NCBI GenBank assembly: GCA_964525635.1 | Contig: CAZGJX010000087.1 | Location: 1-18,539 of the forward strand | Direction: 5' to 3' | Length of the DNA stretch: 18,539 nt | DNA from: an uncultured archaeon | Lineage (GTDB): Archaea; Asgardarchaeota; Lokiarchaeia; Sigyniarchaeales; SOKP01 | Shown here: in pieces, positions 17,849 to 18,539 of the stretch | Layout: every line of letters begins with the position of its first letter | How positions within the stretch are numbered: the stretch's first letter is position 1 | Made by a program: the position numbers and the translations under genes | The notes under the pieces: model-generated | The model's input: only the letters and a program-made list of their open reading frames with translations | What the model was told of the DNA's origin: nothing | Database searches by the model: none

Positions 17849-18485
17849 CTCTTAACTTATAATAATTCTTTATTTTTATTATACAAATTGATATCCAAAT
17901 TGCAATAATTATAATTCCTATTGGAATTAATATATAACTTACTAAATAAGAATCAGCAGGAGGATATTCAGTAAAATCTTTATTATATTTAGTATTTAAA
18001 TATTGGAAGATTGGCCATAATCCAATTAACGTTAATCCTGCTCCTATTATAATAATTATTATCATATGATTTTCTTTTATCCAATCCAAAAGTCCAGTAA
18101 TTCTTGGAATAATAATTAGACAACCTCCACAAATAGCCAAAATTATACTAATTAGTATTAATGCCCAAGGAATAATCATTTTCTCTTGATATATATAAGA
18201 AAATAGTATAGCTAGAACTGCAGCAGGTACTAAAAAGATGATTCCTAAAGTTAGTGTCAAAATTTGCTTGTCATCTTTATTTTCTATTATAAAATTTATT
18301 AAATATAATAACATTATTATCCCTCCAATTACAAATATAATAAAGCAAATAATTGCGGATCTTAATAAACCAGATGATCCTGAACCTACCTGAGACAAAA
18401 CTCCATAAACTGTTGCATATAATCCTCCAAATGCCATTAAAATTATTCCAATTATCATACTTATTTTTTTTATTTTTTCTCTCAT
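17832..18485 (-). CDS. Hypothetical membrane protein, about 6 TM helices
   Basis: 217-aa ORF of hydrophobic helices; no recognised family. Confidence 0.8.
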   Translation of the reverse strand: MREKIKKISMIIGIILMAFGGLYATVYGVLSQVGSGSSGLLRSAIICFIIFVIGGIIMLLYLINFIIENKDDKQILTLTLGIIFLVPAAVLAILFSYIYQEKMIIPWALILISIILAICGGCLIIIPRITGLLDWIKENHMIIIIIIGAGLTLIGLWPIFQYLNTKYNKDFTEYPPADSYLVSYILIPIGIIIIAIWISICIIKIKNYYKLRGEIRN

Positions 18486-18539
18486 TTTTTGTTATGTGGA
18501 CAAATTTTTTGTCAGGGTTTTGCGTAATTAAAAATGTCA

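Noticed and set aside
18499-18513. GACAAA-TTT-TTTGTC inverted repeat upstream of the last gene
   Set aside because: Six-bp arms at the window edge cannot be distinguished from chance.

Overview
Very AT-rich archaeal DNA, most consistent with an Asgard archaeon (Lokiarchaeia/Promethearchaeota). This is inferred from a longin-like domain, Loki-type LRR protein, GAGGTG ribosome-binding sites, oligo-T terminators and a eukaryote-like SECIS. The ORF track misses or splits several genes. (1) A minus-strand hdrA-mvhD/vhuD-fdhB cluster: hdrA (9812..11764) and vhuD (9362..9796) each carry two in-frame TGA codons at conserved Cys positions (four selenocysteines), with only one visible SECIS hairpin, directly after vhuD. 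(2) A ~780-codon membrane-anchored caspase-family (C14) protease gene with a CUB-like domain inserted between the catalytic His and Cys, Ca-binding repeats, a TM helix and three cytoplasmic zinc ribbons, interrupted by one in-frame TAA. (3) A soluble LRR-TIR-coiled-coil protein next to a 7TM-longin-like fusion. (4) Two further disrupted genes, one frameshifted at or near a (GA)6 tract and one tandem paralogue with an in-frame TAG. The remainder is a partial SDR, an ABC-2 exporter pair, a wHTH regulator, an MFS transporter, a NADAR protein and membrane proteins. No rRNA, tRNA, CRISPR array or mobile element was recognised. All domain calls are by eye from motifs, not database searches.
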